DNA of 64,000 nucleotides, taken from NCBI GenBank assembly GCA_963842125.1, contig CAWJFE010000005.1:1921356-1985355 (forward strand), written 5' to 3'. Positions within the stretch are counted from its first letter, which is position 1. Every line of letters begins with the position of its first letter. Shown in pieces: positions 17,816 through 28,177 of the stretch. Below the pieces are notes generated by a model. That model was given only the letters and a program-made list of their open reading frames with translations. It did no database searches and was not told the DNA's origin. This DNA is from an uncultured Alphaproteobacteria bacterium. GTDB taxonomy: Bacteria; Pseudomonadota; Alphaproteobacteria; Rhizobiales; CAWCWK01. The translations under genes were made by a program, and so were the position numbers.

Positions 17816-18805
17816 ATGACGACCCGCAGACATCTGCTCGCCTTCGCCGCCGCGCTGCCGCTCCTCGCCGCGATGCCCGCGCTGACGCCCGCCGCCGCGC
17901 AGGACGCGCTCGAGGTCGCCGCGATCTACACCGTGCCGGTCGAGCAGCAATGGGTCAGCCGCATCCACCGCGCACTTAGCGCGGCCGAGGAGCGGGGCGA
18001 GATCACCTACGTCTACTCCGAGAACGTCTCCAACGCAGACTACGAGCGCGTGATGCGCGAGTATGCCGAGGGCGGCAAGGACCTCGTCGTCGGCGAGAGC
18101 TTCGCCGTCGAGAAGGCTGCGCGCGACGTGGCGGAGGACTACCCGGAGACCGCCTTCCTGATGGGCTCGTCCGGCACGCCGCAGGAGCCGAACTTCTCGG
18201 TCTTCGACAACTACATTCAGGAGCCGGCCTACCTTACGGGCATGATCGCGGGCGCCGAGTCCGAATCCAACGTCATCGGCATGGTCGGCGGCTACGCCAT
18301 CCCCGAGGTCAACCGATTGATGCATGCCTTCATGGCGGGCGCCAAGGAGACGAACCCCGAGGTCGAGTTCCTCGTCACCTTCATCAACTCCTGGTACGAT
18401 CCGCCGAAAGCCAAGGAAGCCGCCTTCGCGATGATAGATAGCGGCGCCGACGTGATGTATGCCGAGCGCTTCGGCGTGTCGGACGCAGCCGCCGAGCGCG
18501 ACGTGAAGGCGATCGGCAACGTCATCGATACGGCGACCGACTATCCGGGCACCATCCTCGCCTCCGCTATCTGGCACATGGAGCCGACCATCGCAGCCGC
18601 GCTCGAGGCCGTGAAATCCGGCTCCTTCGCCGCCGAGGACTATGGGCAGTACTCCTACATGGGCGTCGGCGGTGGCTCGCTCGTTTATGACGAGGCGCTC
18701 GTTCCCAACGAGATCGCGGAGATGGTGACGGCCAAGCAGGCCGGCATCATGGACGGCTCGGTCGAGATCGAGATCGACGACAGCGAGCCGTCGTCCACGA
18801 TGTGA
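17816..18805 (+). CDS. BMP-family (PnrA/Med-like) ABC transporter substrate-binding protein
   Basis: 329-aa ORF with a Tat-like signal TRRHLLAFAAALPLLA. FINSWYDPPKAKEAA and GYAIPEVNRLMHAFMAGAK are typical of the basic-membrane-protein family of nucleoside/purine binders. Confidence 0.8.
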   Translation: MTTRRHLLAFAAALPLLAAMPALTPAAAQDALEVAAIYTVPVEQQWVSRIHRALSAAEERGEITYVYSENVSNADYERVMREYAEGGKDLVVGESFAVEKAARDVAEDYPETAFLMGSSGTPQEPNFSVFDNYIQEPAYLTGMIAGAESESNVIGMVGGYAIPEVNRLMHAFMAGAKETNPEVEFLVTFINSWYDPPKAKEAAFAMIDSGADVMYAERFGVSDAAAERDVKAIGNVIDTATDYPGTILASAIWHMEPTIAAALEAVKSGSFAAEDYGQYSYMGVGGGSLVYDEALVPNEIAEMVTAKQAGIMDGSVEIEIDDSEPSSTM

Positions 18806-20376
18806 GCGAGCGTCCGGCAGACGGCGCGGGCCGGCCCGCGCCCGTCCTCGTTCTCGAAGGTATCACCAAGCGCTTCGGTCCTCTGACGGCCAACGACGCG
18901 ATCGACCTTTCCCTCCACGAGGGTGAGGTCGTCGCGCTCCTCGGCGAGAACGGGGCCGGCAAGACGACGCTTATGAACGTGCTCTTCGGCCGCTACCGCG
19001 CCGACGAAGGGCGCGTGCGCGTCGCGCGCGGCGACGCGCTCCAACCGCTGGAGCCGGGCTCGCCTTCGGCGGCATTGCGCGCGGGCATTGCGATGGTCCA
19101 CCAGCACTTCACGCTGGCGGAGAACCTGACGGGCCTGCAGAACATCGTCCTCGGCACGCGCTCCCTCTTCGCGCCCGGTCTCGGCACGCGCGGGGCTCGC
19201 CGACGCGTGACCGCGCTGATGGAGGAAAGTGGCCTCGCCGTCCCGCTCGACAAGCGCGTGGACCGCCTGTCGGTCGGCGAGCGCCAGCGGATCGAGATCC
19301 TGAAGGCGCTTTACCGGAAGGCCCGCGTTCTCGTCCTCGACGAGCCGACGGCCGTCCTCACCCCGCAGGACGCCGAGCGCCTCTTCGAGACGTTGGGGGC
19401 ACTGACGGCAAAAGGTCTCGCCATTGTCCTGATCAGCCACAAGCTCGGCGAAGTCCTGGCTGCGACCGACCGGATCGCCGTGCTGCGCCATGGCGTGAAG
19501 GTCGCGGAAGTCGCGACGAAGGACGCTGACGCTGCGCGCCTCGCCAACCTGATGGTCGGCGAAGATGTCGCCCAGCCAGAGCGTACCCTGCGCATCCCGC
19601 GCGGCGAGGCCGTGCTTCTCGAAGGCGTGACGGTCGAAGGCTCAACGGGGCCGCCTCTGCGAAACGTTACGCTGAAAGTCCGCCACCGCGAGGTCGTCGG
19701 TGTCGCGGGCGTTTCCGGCAACGGGCAGGCGGCGCTCGCCGCGCTTCTCGAAGGTCTGGCCGTACCGACGAAGGGGACCGCGAAGATCCTCGGCGAACCC
19801 GTCCGTCGGCGCGACAATACCCGGCTCGCGAAACGCGGCGTCGCGCGCATCCCCGAAGACCGCCACCGCGACGGCGTGGTCGGCACCATGTCGGTGGCGG
19901 AGAACCTGTCGCTGGAGACGCTGCGCGAGCTCGGCGTGTCGGGCCATGGCCTCCTTCGCCCCGCCCGGATGCGCCGCAACGCAGAGCGTCTCATCGAGGC
20001 CTACGACATCCGCTGCCAGGGTCCGGAAACGCCGACGCGGCTGCTCTCCGGCGGCAACATCCAGAAGCTCATCCTCGCGCGCACGCTCGGCCGCGAGCCC
20101 GCCTTCATCCTCGCCAACCAGCCCACGCGCGGCCTCGACATCGGCGCCTCGGCCGAGGTCCGCCGACGGCTCGACGAGGCGGCGACGAAGGACAGCGCCG
20201 GCGTCCTCATTATCTCCGAGGATCTCGACGAACTTCTCTCGATTTGCGACCGCATCGTCGTCCTCCATGACGGGCACCTCACCGAGGCCGGCCGCATCGA
20301 TTTCATCGACCGCACGCAGGTCGGCCTCATGATGTCCGGCGAGACTCCGAAGGCGAGTTGGGACAAGGCGGCATGA
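18802..20376 (+). CDS. ABC transporter ATP-binding protein (duplicated NBD)
   Basis: 524-aa ORF with two NBDs. Motifs seen are GENGAGKTT, LSVGERQR, LVLDEPTAVL, GVSGNGQ, LSGGNIQK and ISEDLDEL. Confidence 0.9.
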   Translation: MSERPADGAGRPAPVLVLEGITKRFGPLTANDAIDLSLHEGEVVALLGENGAGKTTLMNVLFGRYRADEGRVRVARGDALQPLEPGSPSAALRAGIAMVHQHFTLAENLTGLQNIVLGTRSLFAPGLGTRGARRRVTALMEESGLAVPLDKRVDRLSVGERQRIEILKALYRKARVLVLDEPTAVLTPQDAERLFETLGALTAKGLAIVLISHKLGEVLAATDRIAVLRHGVKVAEVATKDADAARLANLMVGEDVAQPERTLRIPRGEAVLLEGVTVEGSTGPPLRNVTLKVRHREVVGVAGVSGNGQAALAALLEGLAVPTKGTAKILGEPVRRRDNTRLAKRGVARIPEDRHRDGVVGTMSVAENLSLETLRELGVSGHGLLRPARMRRNAERLIEAYDIRCQGPETPTRLLSGGNIQKLILARTLGREPAFILANQPTRGLDIGASAEVRRRLDEAATKDSAGVLIISEDLDELLSICDRIVVLHDGHLTEAGRIDFIDRTQVGLMMSGETPKASWDKAA

Positions 20377-21452
20377 GCGTCGCCATAGCCCCGGCGGAGC
20401 CGACCGCCCCGACGCCGTCGCCGAGGCGGGGCCGTTGGCGCGGCGTTCTCGTTCGCGTTCTCGCTGCGATCACAGCGCTCCTCCTGGCCGCGCTCCCGCT
20501 CCTCGCGACAGGTGCGCCGATCGGCGAAGCCTACCGGCTGATGGTGACGGGCGCCCTCGGTTCCGCGTTCGCGATCTCCGAGACGCTGACACGCGCCGCC
20601 CCGCTCATCCTAACCGGCCTCGCCGCCGCGATCGCCTTCCGCGCCCGGCTCTGGAACATCGGGCTGGAGGGCCAGCTCTATGCCGGCGCGCTGGCGACTG
20701 CGGTCGTCGGCACCGGCCTCATCACCTCGCCGACCTGGCTGGTTCTCCCCGCAGTGCTCGTGGCCGGCGCGGCGGCGGGCGCGCTGATGATGCTGGGCCC
20801 GACGCTGCTCAAGGTCCGCTTCGGCGTCGATGAGGTCGTCACGACGCTCCTTCTCAATTTCGTCGTCCTCCTCTTCGTCCAGATGATGCTCAACGGGCCG
20901 CTGAAAGATCCGCTCGGCATGGGCTGGCCGCAATCGGCAGAGGTCGTCGAGGCGGCTGAGCTGCCCGCGATCTGGGACCGCACGCGTCTCCATGCCGGCC
21001 TCCTCATCGGCCTCGCCGCAGCGCTCGTCCTCGCCTTCGTCGTCAAGCGAACGACGTTCGGTTTCCGCCTGCGCGCCGTCGGTGAGAACGCATCCGCTGC
21101 GCGCTACGCCGGGCTGTCGGTCCCGGGCACCCTCGTCAAGGTCGGCCTCATATCGGGCGCACTCGCCGGCCTCGCGGGCGTTGGCGAGGTTGCAGGGCTG
21201 AAGGGCTATCTGACCGCCGACATCTCGCCGGGCTTCGGCTATTCGGGCATCGTCGTCGCCATGCTGGCCGGACTGTCGCCGATCGGCAGCGTCGTCTCGG
21301 CGGTCTTCATCGCGGCCATCTATGTCGGCGCGGATTCGATGAGCCGGGCGCTCGGCGTCTCCTCCTACCTCGCCGATCTCATCGTCGCGATGGCGCTCGT
21401 CACGATTCTCCTCGGCGAGGTCATCTCGCGCCGCTCGGCGGGGCTACGCTGA
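20373..21452 (+). CDS. ABC transporter permease
   Basis: A hydrophobic ORF. I prefer ATG 20373 (MSVAIAP...), which overlaps the ATPase stop (ATGA), over TTG 20358. Confidence 0.8.
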   Translation: MSVAIAPAEPTAPTPSPRRGRWRGVLVRVLAAITALLLAALPLLATGAPIGEAYRLMVTGALGSAFAISETLTRAAPLILTGLAAAIAFRARLWNIGLEGQLYAGALATAVVGTGLITSPTWLVLPAVLVAGAAAGALMMLGPTLLKVRFGVDEVVTTLLLNFVVLLFVQMMLNGPLKDPLGMGWPQSAEVVEAAELPAIWDRTRLHAGLLIGLAAALVLAFVVKRTTFGFRLRAVGENASAARYAGLSVPGTLVKVGLISGALAGLAGVGEVAGLKGYLTADISPGFGYSGIVVAMLAGLSPIGSVVSAVFIAAIYVGADSMSRALGVSSYLADLIVAMALVTILLGEVISRRSAGLR

Positions 21453-22507
21453 TGGATGGGGCGATGCTGACCGAGTGGTGGAGCTATGGGCTGGCAACGC
21501 TGGCAACGCTTTTCGCCGGCTTGGGCGATGTCGCCGACTTCGGCGCATTGGGCGATCTCGTCCTCTCGGCCAACTTTGCCGCCGCCACCCTGCGCATCGC
21601 GACGCCGCTCCTCTTCGGCGTCCTGGGTGCGCTCCTTTGCGAGCGGGCCGGCGTCCTCAATCTCGGTATCGAAGGCATCTTCGTCGCCGGCGCGTTTGCC
21701 GGCTGGATGGCGGTCTACCTCGGCGCCGGCCCCTGGGGCGGTGTGTTGGCGGCCCTCGCCATCGGTGGGGCGTTCGGGCTCGTCCATGCCTGGCTGACGG
21801 TCTGGCTCGCCCTTTCGCAGCACGTCTCCGGCCTCGCCATCACACTCTTCGCAACGAGCGCGAGCTATTTCGCCTATCGCACCGCCCTCCCCGACGTGTC
21901 CTCACCGCCGCGCGTGACGCCCTTCAAACCGGTGTCGCTCGACGCTCTGGAGACCCTGCCGGCGATCGGCCCCACGATCGAGACCTACGTCTCTCCCGTG
22001 CTCGAGCAGCAGACGGCGATGACCCTCCTCGCCTTCGCCCTCGCGCTCGCCATCGCCTACGTCCTCGCCCGCACGCCCCTCGGCCTCTCCATCAAGGCCG
22101 TTGGCGACAGCGCGGCGGCCGTCGAGGCGCAGGGGCTCTCGGTACGCGGTCTGCGCACCGGCGCCGTCGTCGCGGGCTCCATGCTGATGGCGCTCGGCGG
22201 CGCGTTTCTCACCATCTCGGCCTTCGACGCCTTCTACTTCGGCATGGTCAACGGGCGCGGCTGGATCTGCATCGCGCTCGTCGTCTTCGCTTCGTGGAGA
22301 CCGGGTCGCGCGGTCCTCGGCGCCTTGCTCTTCGGCGCCTTCGACGCTTTCCAGGTCCGCCTCCAGACGCAGGCCGGCGCCCGCATCCCCGGCGAGATCT
22401 TCCTGATGCTGCCATACCTCCTGTCGATCCTCGCGCTCGTCCTCGTCGCGCGCCGTGCCGACTATCCTCGCGCCCTCCTCACCCCGTACGTCAAAGGCGA
22501 CCGCTGA
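21452..22507 (+). CDS. ABC transporter permease
   Basis: 351-aa hydrophobic ORF. ATG 21452 overlaps the previous stop by 1 nt. Confidence 0.85.
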   Translation: MDGAMLTEWWSYGLATLATLFAGLGDVADFGALGDLVLSANFAAATLRIATPLLFGVLGALLCERAGVLNLGIEGIFVAGAFAGWMAVYLGAGPWGGVLAALAIGGAFGLVHAWLTVWLALSQHVSGLAITLFATSASYFAYRTALPDVSSPPRVTPFKPVSLDALETLPAIGPTIETYVSPVLEQQTAMTLLAFALALAIAYVLARTPLGLSIKAVGDSAAAVEAQGLSVRGLRTGAVVAGSMLMALGGAFLTISAFDAFYFGMVNGRGWICIALVVFASWRPGRAVLGALLFGAFDAFQVRLQTQAGARIPGEIFLMLPYLLSILALVLVARRADYPRALLTPYVKGDR

Positions 22508-23790
22508 TGGACCTCCTCATCCGCAATGCGGCCCTTACCGATGGGCGAACGGGCCAGGATATCGCCGTCGAGAACGGTCGCATCACCGCCGTCGAACCCG
22601 GCATCGACGCCGAGGCCGGGGAGACGATCGACGCGGACGGCCTCCTCGTCTCGCCGCCCTTCGTCGATTGTCATTTCCACATGGATGCCACGCTTTCACT
22701 CGGCCAACCGCGCCTCAATGAGAGCGGCACCCTCCTCGAAGGCATCCAGCTTTGGGGCGAGTTGAAGCCGCATCTGACGCACGACGCCGTGGTCGAGCGG
22801 GCGCTGCGCTATTGCGACCTCGCGGTTTCGCAGGGTCTGCTCGCGATCCGCTCCCATGTCGACGTGTGCGACGACCGCCTGCTCGCCGTCGACGCGCTCC
22901 TCGACGTGCGCGAACGCGTCAAACCCTATCTCGACCTCCAACTCGTCGCTTTCCCGCAGGATGGCTACTACCGCTCGCGAACGGCAGTCGCGAACCTCGA
23001 ACGCGCACTCGACAAAGGCGTCGATATCGTCGGCGGCATCCCGCATTTCGAGCGTACGATGGCCGACGGCGCCGCCTCAGTCCGAGCGCTTTGCGAGATC
23101 GCCGAAGACCGTGGCCTGATGGTCGACATGCATTGCGACGAGACGGACGATCCGCTCTCGCGCCATGTCGAGACGCTGACCTACGAGACCCAACGCCTGG
23201 GGATGGCGGGCCGCGTGGCCGGCTCGCATCTGACGTCCATGCATTCGATGGACGACTATTACGTCTCCAAGCTGCTGCCCTTGATGACGGAGGCGGGCGT
23301 GGCGGCCATCGCCAACCCGCTCATCAACATCACCATTCAGGGCCGGCACGACACCTATCCCAAACGGCGCGGCATGACGCGGGTGCCGGAGATGCGCGAC
23401 CACGGCATCCCCGTCGCCTTCGGGCACGATTGCGTCCTGGACCCCTGGTATCCGCTCGGACAGGCCGACATGCTGGAGGTCGCCTCGATGGGCCTTCACG
23501 TCGCGCTGACAACGAGCCGGGACGGGATGCGCGAGGCGTTTCGCGCCGTCACCGAGGTTCCGGCCGCGATCATGGGGCTCGAAGGCTACGGCATCGCGCC
23601 CGGCTGCAAGGCCGACATGGTCCTTCTTCAAGCGCGCGATCCCATAGAGGCCATCCGTCTTCGGGCGAATCGGCTTCGCGTGATCAAAGGCGGGCGCACG
23701 ATCGCGACCACGCCGCGCCGTGCCGCATCGTTGGAGCTCACCGGTCGCCCAGACACGCTCGACGGCAGCGATTACGCTCCGAGCGCCTGA
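22507..23790 (+). CDS. codA: Cytosine deaminase (amidohydrolase superfamily)
   Basis: The real start is ATG 22507 (MDLLIRNAALTDGR...) inside the 771-aa track ORF, giving 427 aa. PPFVDCHFHMD, LQLVAFPQDG, GGIPHFERT, VDMHCDETDD, RHDTYPKRRGMTRV and FGHDCVLDPWYPLG align block-for-block with E. coli CodA as I recall it. Confidence 0.85.
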   Translation: MDLLIRNAALTDGRTGQDIAVENGRITAVEPGIDAEAGETIDADGLLVSPPFVDCHFHMDATLSLGQPRLNESGTLLEGIQLWGELKPHLTHDAVVERALRYCDLAVSQGLLAIRSHVDVCDDRLLAVDALLDVRERVKPYLDLQLVAFPQDGYYRSRTAVANLERALDKGVDIVGGIPHFERTMADGAASVRALCEIAEDRGLMVDMHCDETDDPLSRHVETLTYETQRLGMAGRVAGSHLTSMHSMDDYYVSKLLPLMTEAGVAAIANPLINITIQGRHDTYPKRRGMTRVPEMRDHGIPVAFGHDCVLDPWYPLGQADMLEVASMGLHVALTTSRDGMREAFRAVTEVPAAIMGLEGYGIAPGCKADMVLLQARDPIEAIRLRANRLRVIKGGRTIATTPRRAASLELTGRPDTLDGSDYAPSA

Positions 23791-23835
23791 GGTCTCGGCC
23801 CTTCGCAGAGTTTTCCGAGCGGTAGCTTGAAGTCC

Positions 23836-23853
23836 GCTTCATAAACCTGTCTT
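23836..23853 (+). promoter_or_regulatory. Possible Pho box upstream of ugpB
   Basis: GCTTCATAAACCTGTCTT compared with the E. coli-type consensus CTGTCATAAAACTGTCAT matches at about 14/18 positions. It lies 75-90 nt upstream of the ugpB ATG. Confidence 0.3.
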
Positions 23854-23926
23854 CTGCCACGTGCGACACGGACAGAGCCTGCGATCCAAGCGGGCCGACC
23901 GTTCCGATATTCGGGAGAAGACATTG

Positions 23927-25240
23927 ATGAAACGCCTCGCCCTGGGCACTGCCCTCGCCACCATCCTCACCGCCGCCACCGGCCCCGCGCTCGCGGCGAC
24001 CGAAGTTCAGTTCTGGCACGCCTTTACCGGTCGCCTCGGCGACCTTCTGGCCGAGCAGGTCTCGACCTTCAACGAATCGCAGGACGACTACGAAGTCGTC
24101 GCCACCCACAAGGGCAACTATTCCGAAACGCTGAACGCCGGCATCGCCGCCTTCCGCGCCGGCGAGCAGCCGCATATTCTGCAAGTCTTCGAAGTCGGCA
24201 CCGCTACGATGATGGCTGCCGAGGGCGCGATCAAGCCCGTCTACGAGGTGATGGCCGACGCCGGCGCCGAGTTCGACGCCGACGCCTATATCGGCGCCGT
24301 GAAGGGATATTACACCACGACCGACGGCCAGATGCTATCGCTCCCCTACAACTCGTCGACCCCGGTCCTCTACGTGAACCGCGACAAGTTCGAGGAAGCC
24401 GGCGTCGACCCCGACATGGACCTCTCGACCTGGGAGAATGTCGGCGAGGCGCTGACCGCGCTACAGGCCGGCGGGGTCGAGTGCGGCCTCGTCACAGCCT
24501 GGCAGAGCTGGATCCACCTCGAGAATCTCTCCGCCTACCACGACACGCCGTTTGCGACCGAAGACAACGGCTTCGCCGGTCTCGGCACCGAACTCGCGCT
24601 CAACGGCGACGTTCAGACCGCCCATATCGCCATGCTCGGCGAGTGGGCCAAGGACGGCAAGTTCACCTATACGGGCCGGCGCAACGAGGGCGGCGCGAAC
24701 TTTCGCGGCGGCGAATGCGCGCTCTTCACCGAGTTGTCCGCCGGCTATGCGGGCGTGAAGTCGGAAGCCGAGTTCGACTTCGAAATCCGGCCCCTGCCCT
24801 ATCACGCCAGCGTCGAGGCCGCGCCGCAGAACACGATCATCGGCGGCGCTTCGCTCTGGGTCCTCTCCGGCCATGAGGACGAGGAGTACAAGGGCGTCGC
24901 GGACTTCCTCAACTTCCTGTCCACCTCCGACATCCAGGCCAAGTGGCACCAGGACACGGGCTATCTGCCGATCACGTCCGCTGCCGCCGAGGCAACCGCG
25001 GCGTCGGGCTTCTATGACGAAAACCCCGGCACCGAAGTCGCGGGCAACCAGATGACCGCCAAGGAGCCGACGGCCAATTCCAAGGGCCTCCGCCTCGGCA
25101 GCTTCGATCAGATTCGGGGCATCATCGACGAGGAGCTGGAAGCCGTCTGGGCCGGCGACAAGGACGCCAAGGCCGCCCTCGACAGCGCAAAGGAGCGGGG
25201 CGACCAGCTTCTGCGCCGCTTCGAGCAGGCCAACGGCTAA
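23927..25240 (+). CDS. ugpB: sn-Glycerol-3-phosphate ABC transporter substrate-binding protein
   Basis: The start is ATG 23927 (MKRLALGTALATILTAATGPALAATEVQFWHAFTG...), giving 437 aa. The family-1 SBP has the UgpB-like N-terminal block EVQFWHAFTGxLG, and the ugpBAEC gene order supports the call. Confidence 0.85.
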   Translation: MKRLALGTALATILTAATGPALAATEVQFWHAFTGRLGDLLAEQVSTFNESQDDYEVVATHKGNYSETLNAGIAAFRAGEQPHILQVFEVGTATMMAAEGAIKPVYEVMADAGAEFDADAYIGAVKGYYTTTDGQMLSLPYNSSTPVLYVNRDKFEEAGVDPDMDLSTWENVGEALTALQAGGVECGLVTAWQSWIHLENLSAYHDTPFATEDNGFAGLGTELALNGDVQTAHIAMLGEWAKDGKFTYTGRRNEGGANFRGGECALFTELSAGYAGVKSEAEFDFEIRPLPYHASVEAAPQNTIIGGASLWVLSGHEDEEYKGVADFLNFLSTSDIQAKWHQDTGYLPITSAAAEATAASGFYDENPGTEVAGNQMTAKEPTANSKGLRLGSFDQIRGIIDEELEAVWAGDKDAKAALDSAKERGDQLLRRFEQANG

Positions 25241-25254
25241 CCAGCCGACGTCGC

Positions 25255-25278
25255 GCGGCGGACCCTCAGGTCCGCCGC
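25255..25278 (+). terminator. Perfect 10-bp GC hairpin between ugpB and ugpA
   Basis: GCGGCGGACC, loop ctca, GGTCCGCCGC, 15 nt after the ugpB stop. There is no U-tract. Confidence 0.5.
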
Positions 25279-25307
25279 ACCATCTTGCCTGAACGCGAGC
25301 GGCTGTC

Positions 25308-26189
25308 TTGGAAAAGCGCGTCACCTTCAAGGGCTGGCTGATACCGGCGTTGCTGATCGCGCCGCAGATCCTGATCTCGCTCGTCTTCTTCTTCTACCCG
25401 GCTGGCCAGGCGATCTGGCAGTCGCTCTTCATCCCCGACCCGTTCGGGCTCAAATCGCAATTCGTCGGTCTCGGCAATTTCGAGTTCCTCTTAGGCGATC
25501 CCTACTATCGCGCCTCCTTCACGACGACGGCCGTCTTCTCCGGTCTCGTCACGGTCGTCTCGATGGGTGTGGCGCTCTTCCTTGCCGTTCTGGCCGACCG
25601 CCTGATCAAGGGCGCGGGCACCTATCGCACTCTCCTCATCTGGCCCTATGCCGTCGCGCCGGCCGTGGCGGGCGTGCTCTGGCTCTTCATGTTCAACACC
25701 CGCGTCGGCGTCGTCGCGTGGTATCTCGGGCTCCTTGGCTACGACTGGAACCACGTCCTCAACGAAGCCGAGGCGATGACGCTCGTCGTGCTCGCATCCT
25801 CCTGGAGCCGGATCAGCTACAACTTCCTCTTCTTCCTCGCGGGCCTGCAGGCGATCCCGAAATCCGTCATCGAGGCGGCGGCCATCGATGGCGCGCGTTT
25901 CGCACGCCGGTTCTGGACGATCGTCTTCCCGCTTCTCTCGCCGACGACCTTCTTCCTCCTCGTCGTCAACATCGTCTACGCCTTCTTCGAGACCTTCGGC
26001 GTCATCCACACCATCACGTCGGGCGGCCCGCAGCAGGCGACGACGATCCTCGTCTACAAGGTCTATTCGGACGGCTTCGTCGGCCAGGACCTCGGCTCGT
26101 CGGCCGCGCAGTCGGTCATCCTTCTCATCGTCGTCGGCCTCCTCACGGTCGCACAGTTCAAGTTCATCGAGCGCAGGGTGCACTACTGA
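25308..26189 (+). CDS. ugpA: sn-Glycerol-3-phosphate ABC transporter permease
   Basis: 293-aa ORF with a TTG start. [31 protein letters not shown] parallels the E. coli UgpA N-terminus. The EAA loop is EAAAIDGA. Confidence 0.8.
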   Translation: MEKRVTFKGWLIPALLIAPQILISLVFFFYPAGQAIWQSLFIPDPFGLKSQFVGLGNFEFLLGDPYYRASFTTTAVFSGLVTVVSMGVALFLAVLADRLIKGAGTYRTLLIWPYAVAPAVAGVLWLFMFNTRVGVVAWYLGLLGYDWNHVLNEAEAMTLVVLASSWSRISYNFLFFLAGLQAIPKSVIEAAAIDGARFARRFWTIVFPLLSPTTFFLLVVNIVYAFFETFGVIHTITSGGPQQATTILVYKVYSDGFVGQDLGSSAAQSVILLIVVGLLTVAQFKFIERRVHY

Positions 26190-27103
26190 TGACGGCCCGC
26201 GATGCCCTAGCCGAGACCGCCCGCCCCCGGCCCGAGACGAACCGGCGCATCGAGACACGCGACGGCATGGTCGAGACGCGCGGCGCCGGCCTGTGGCTGA
26301 CGCACGCCCTCCTCATCCTCGGCGTCCTCGTCATCGTCTTCCCGATCTGGCTCGCCTTCGTCGCCTCGACGGTCAGCCAAACCGATATCGTTCGACCGCC
26401 CATGCCGCTCTGGCCGGGCGATCAGCTCGTCGAGAACTACCGCCGCGCGCTCTTCTCCGGCGTCAACGCGCCTGTCCTCACCATGCTCTTCAACTCGGCG
26501 GTGATGGCGCTCGGCATCGCCTTCGGCAAGATCGTCATCTCGCTGCTGTCCGCCTTCGCGATCGTCTATTTCAAGTTCCCTGGCCGCAACGTCTTCTTCT
26601 GGATGATCTTCCTGACGCTCATGCTGCCGGTCGAGGTCCGCATCGTGCCGACCTATGAGGTCGTCGCGGGCTTCGGGCTCCTCAATAGCTATTCCGGGCT
26701 CATCTTTCCCCTCATCGCGTCCGCCACCGCGACCTTCCTCTTCCGCCAATTCTTCATGACCATCCCCGATGAGCTGGCCGAAGCGGCGCGGGTGGACGGT
26801 GCCCGGCCGATGCGCTTCTTCTTCGACATCCTCCTGCCGATGAGCCGCACCAGCATCGCCGCGCTCTTCGTCATCCTCTTCATCTACGGCTGGAACCAGT
26901 ATCTCTGGCCACTCCTCATCACGACCGACCCGTCGATGAACACCATCGTCATGGGCATCAAGCAGATGTTCCCGTCGGGCGACGACACCGCCGACTGGCC
27001 GGTCATCATGGCGACCTCCATCCTCGCGATGCTGCCTCCCGTCATCGTCGTCGTCGCGATGCAGAAGCTCTTCATCCGCGGCCTCCTCGACAGCGAGAAA
27101 TAG
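26189..27103 (+). CDS. ugpE: sn-Glycerol-3-phosphate ABC transporter permease
   Basis: This frame lies inside the 461-aa track ORF. ATG 26189 overlaps the ugpA stop by 1 nt, with an alternative ATG at 26267 ([10 protein letters not shown]...). The EAA loop is [13 protein letters not shown]. Confidence 0.8.
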   Translation: MTARDALAETARPRPETNRRIETRDGMVETRGAGLWLTHALLILGVLVIVFPIWLAFVASTVSQTDIVRPPMPLWPGDQLVENYRRALFSGVNAPVLTMLFNSAVMALGIAFGKIVISLLSAFAIVYFKFPGRNVFFWMIFLTLMLPVEVRIVPTYEVVAGFGLLNSYSGLIFPLIASATATFLFRQFFMTIPDELAEAARVDGARPMRFFFDILLPMSRTSIAALFVILFIYGWNQYLWPLLITTDPSMNTIVMGIKQMFPSGDDTADWPVIMATSILAMLPPVIVVVAMQKLFIRGLLDSEK

Positions 27104-27107
27104 ATTT

Positions 27108-28169
<1,062 letters not shown>

Positions 28170-28177
28170 CATCGGCC

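Noticed and set aside
21475-23790. 771-aa ORF that looks like a permease-deaminase fusion. The same applies to 44062..47265 (1067 aa), 55139..57967 (942 aa) and 25718..27103 (461 aa).
   Set aside because: The upstream parts are off-frame readings of the preceding genes (permease, deoC, fixH/fixG, ugpA). Internal ATG/GTG codons that overlap the upstream stop codons give proteins of normal length.
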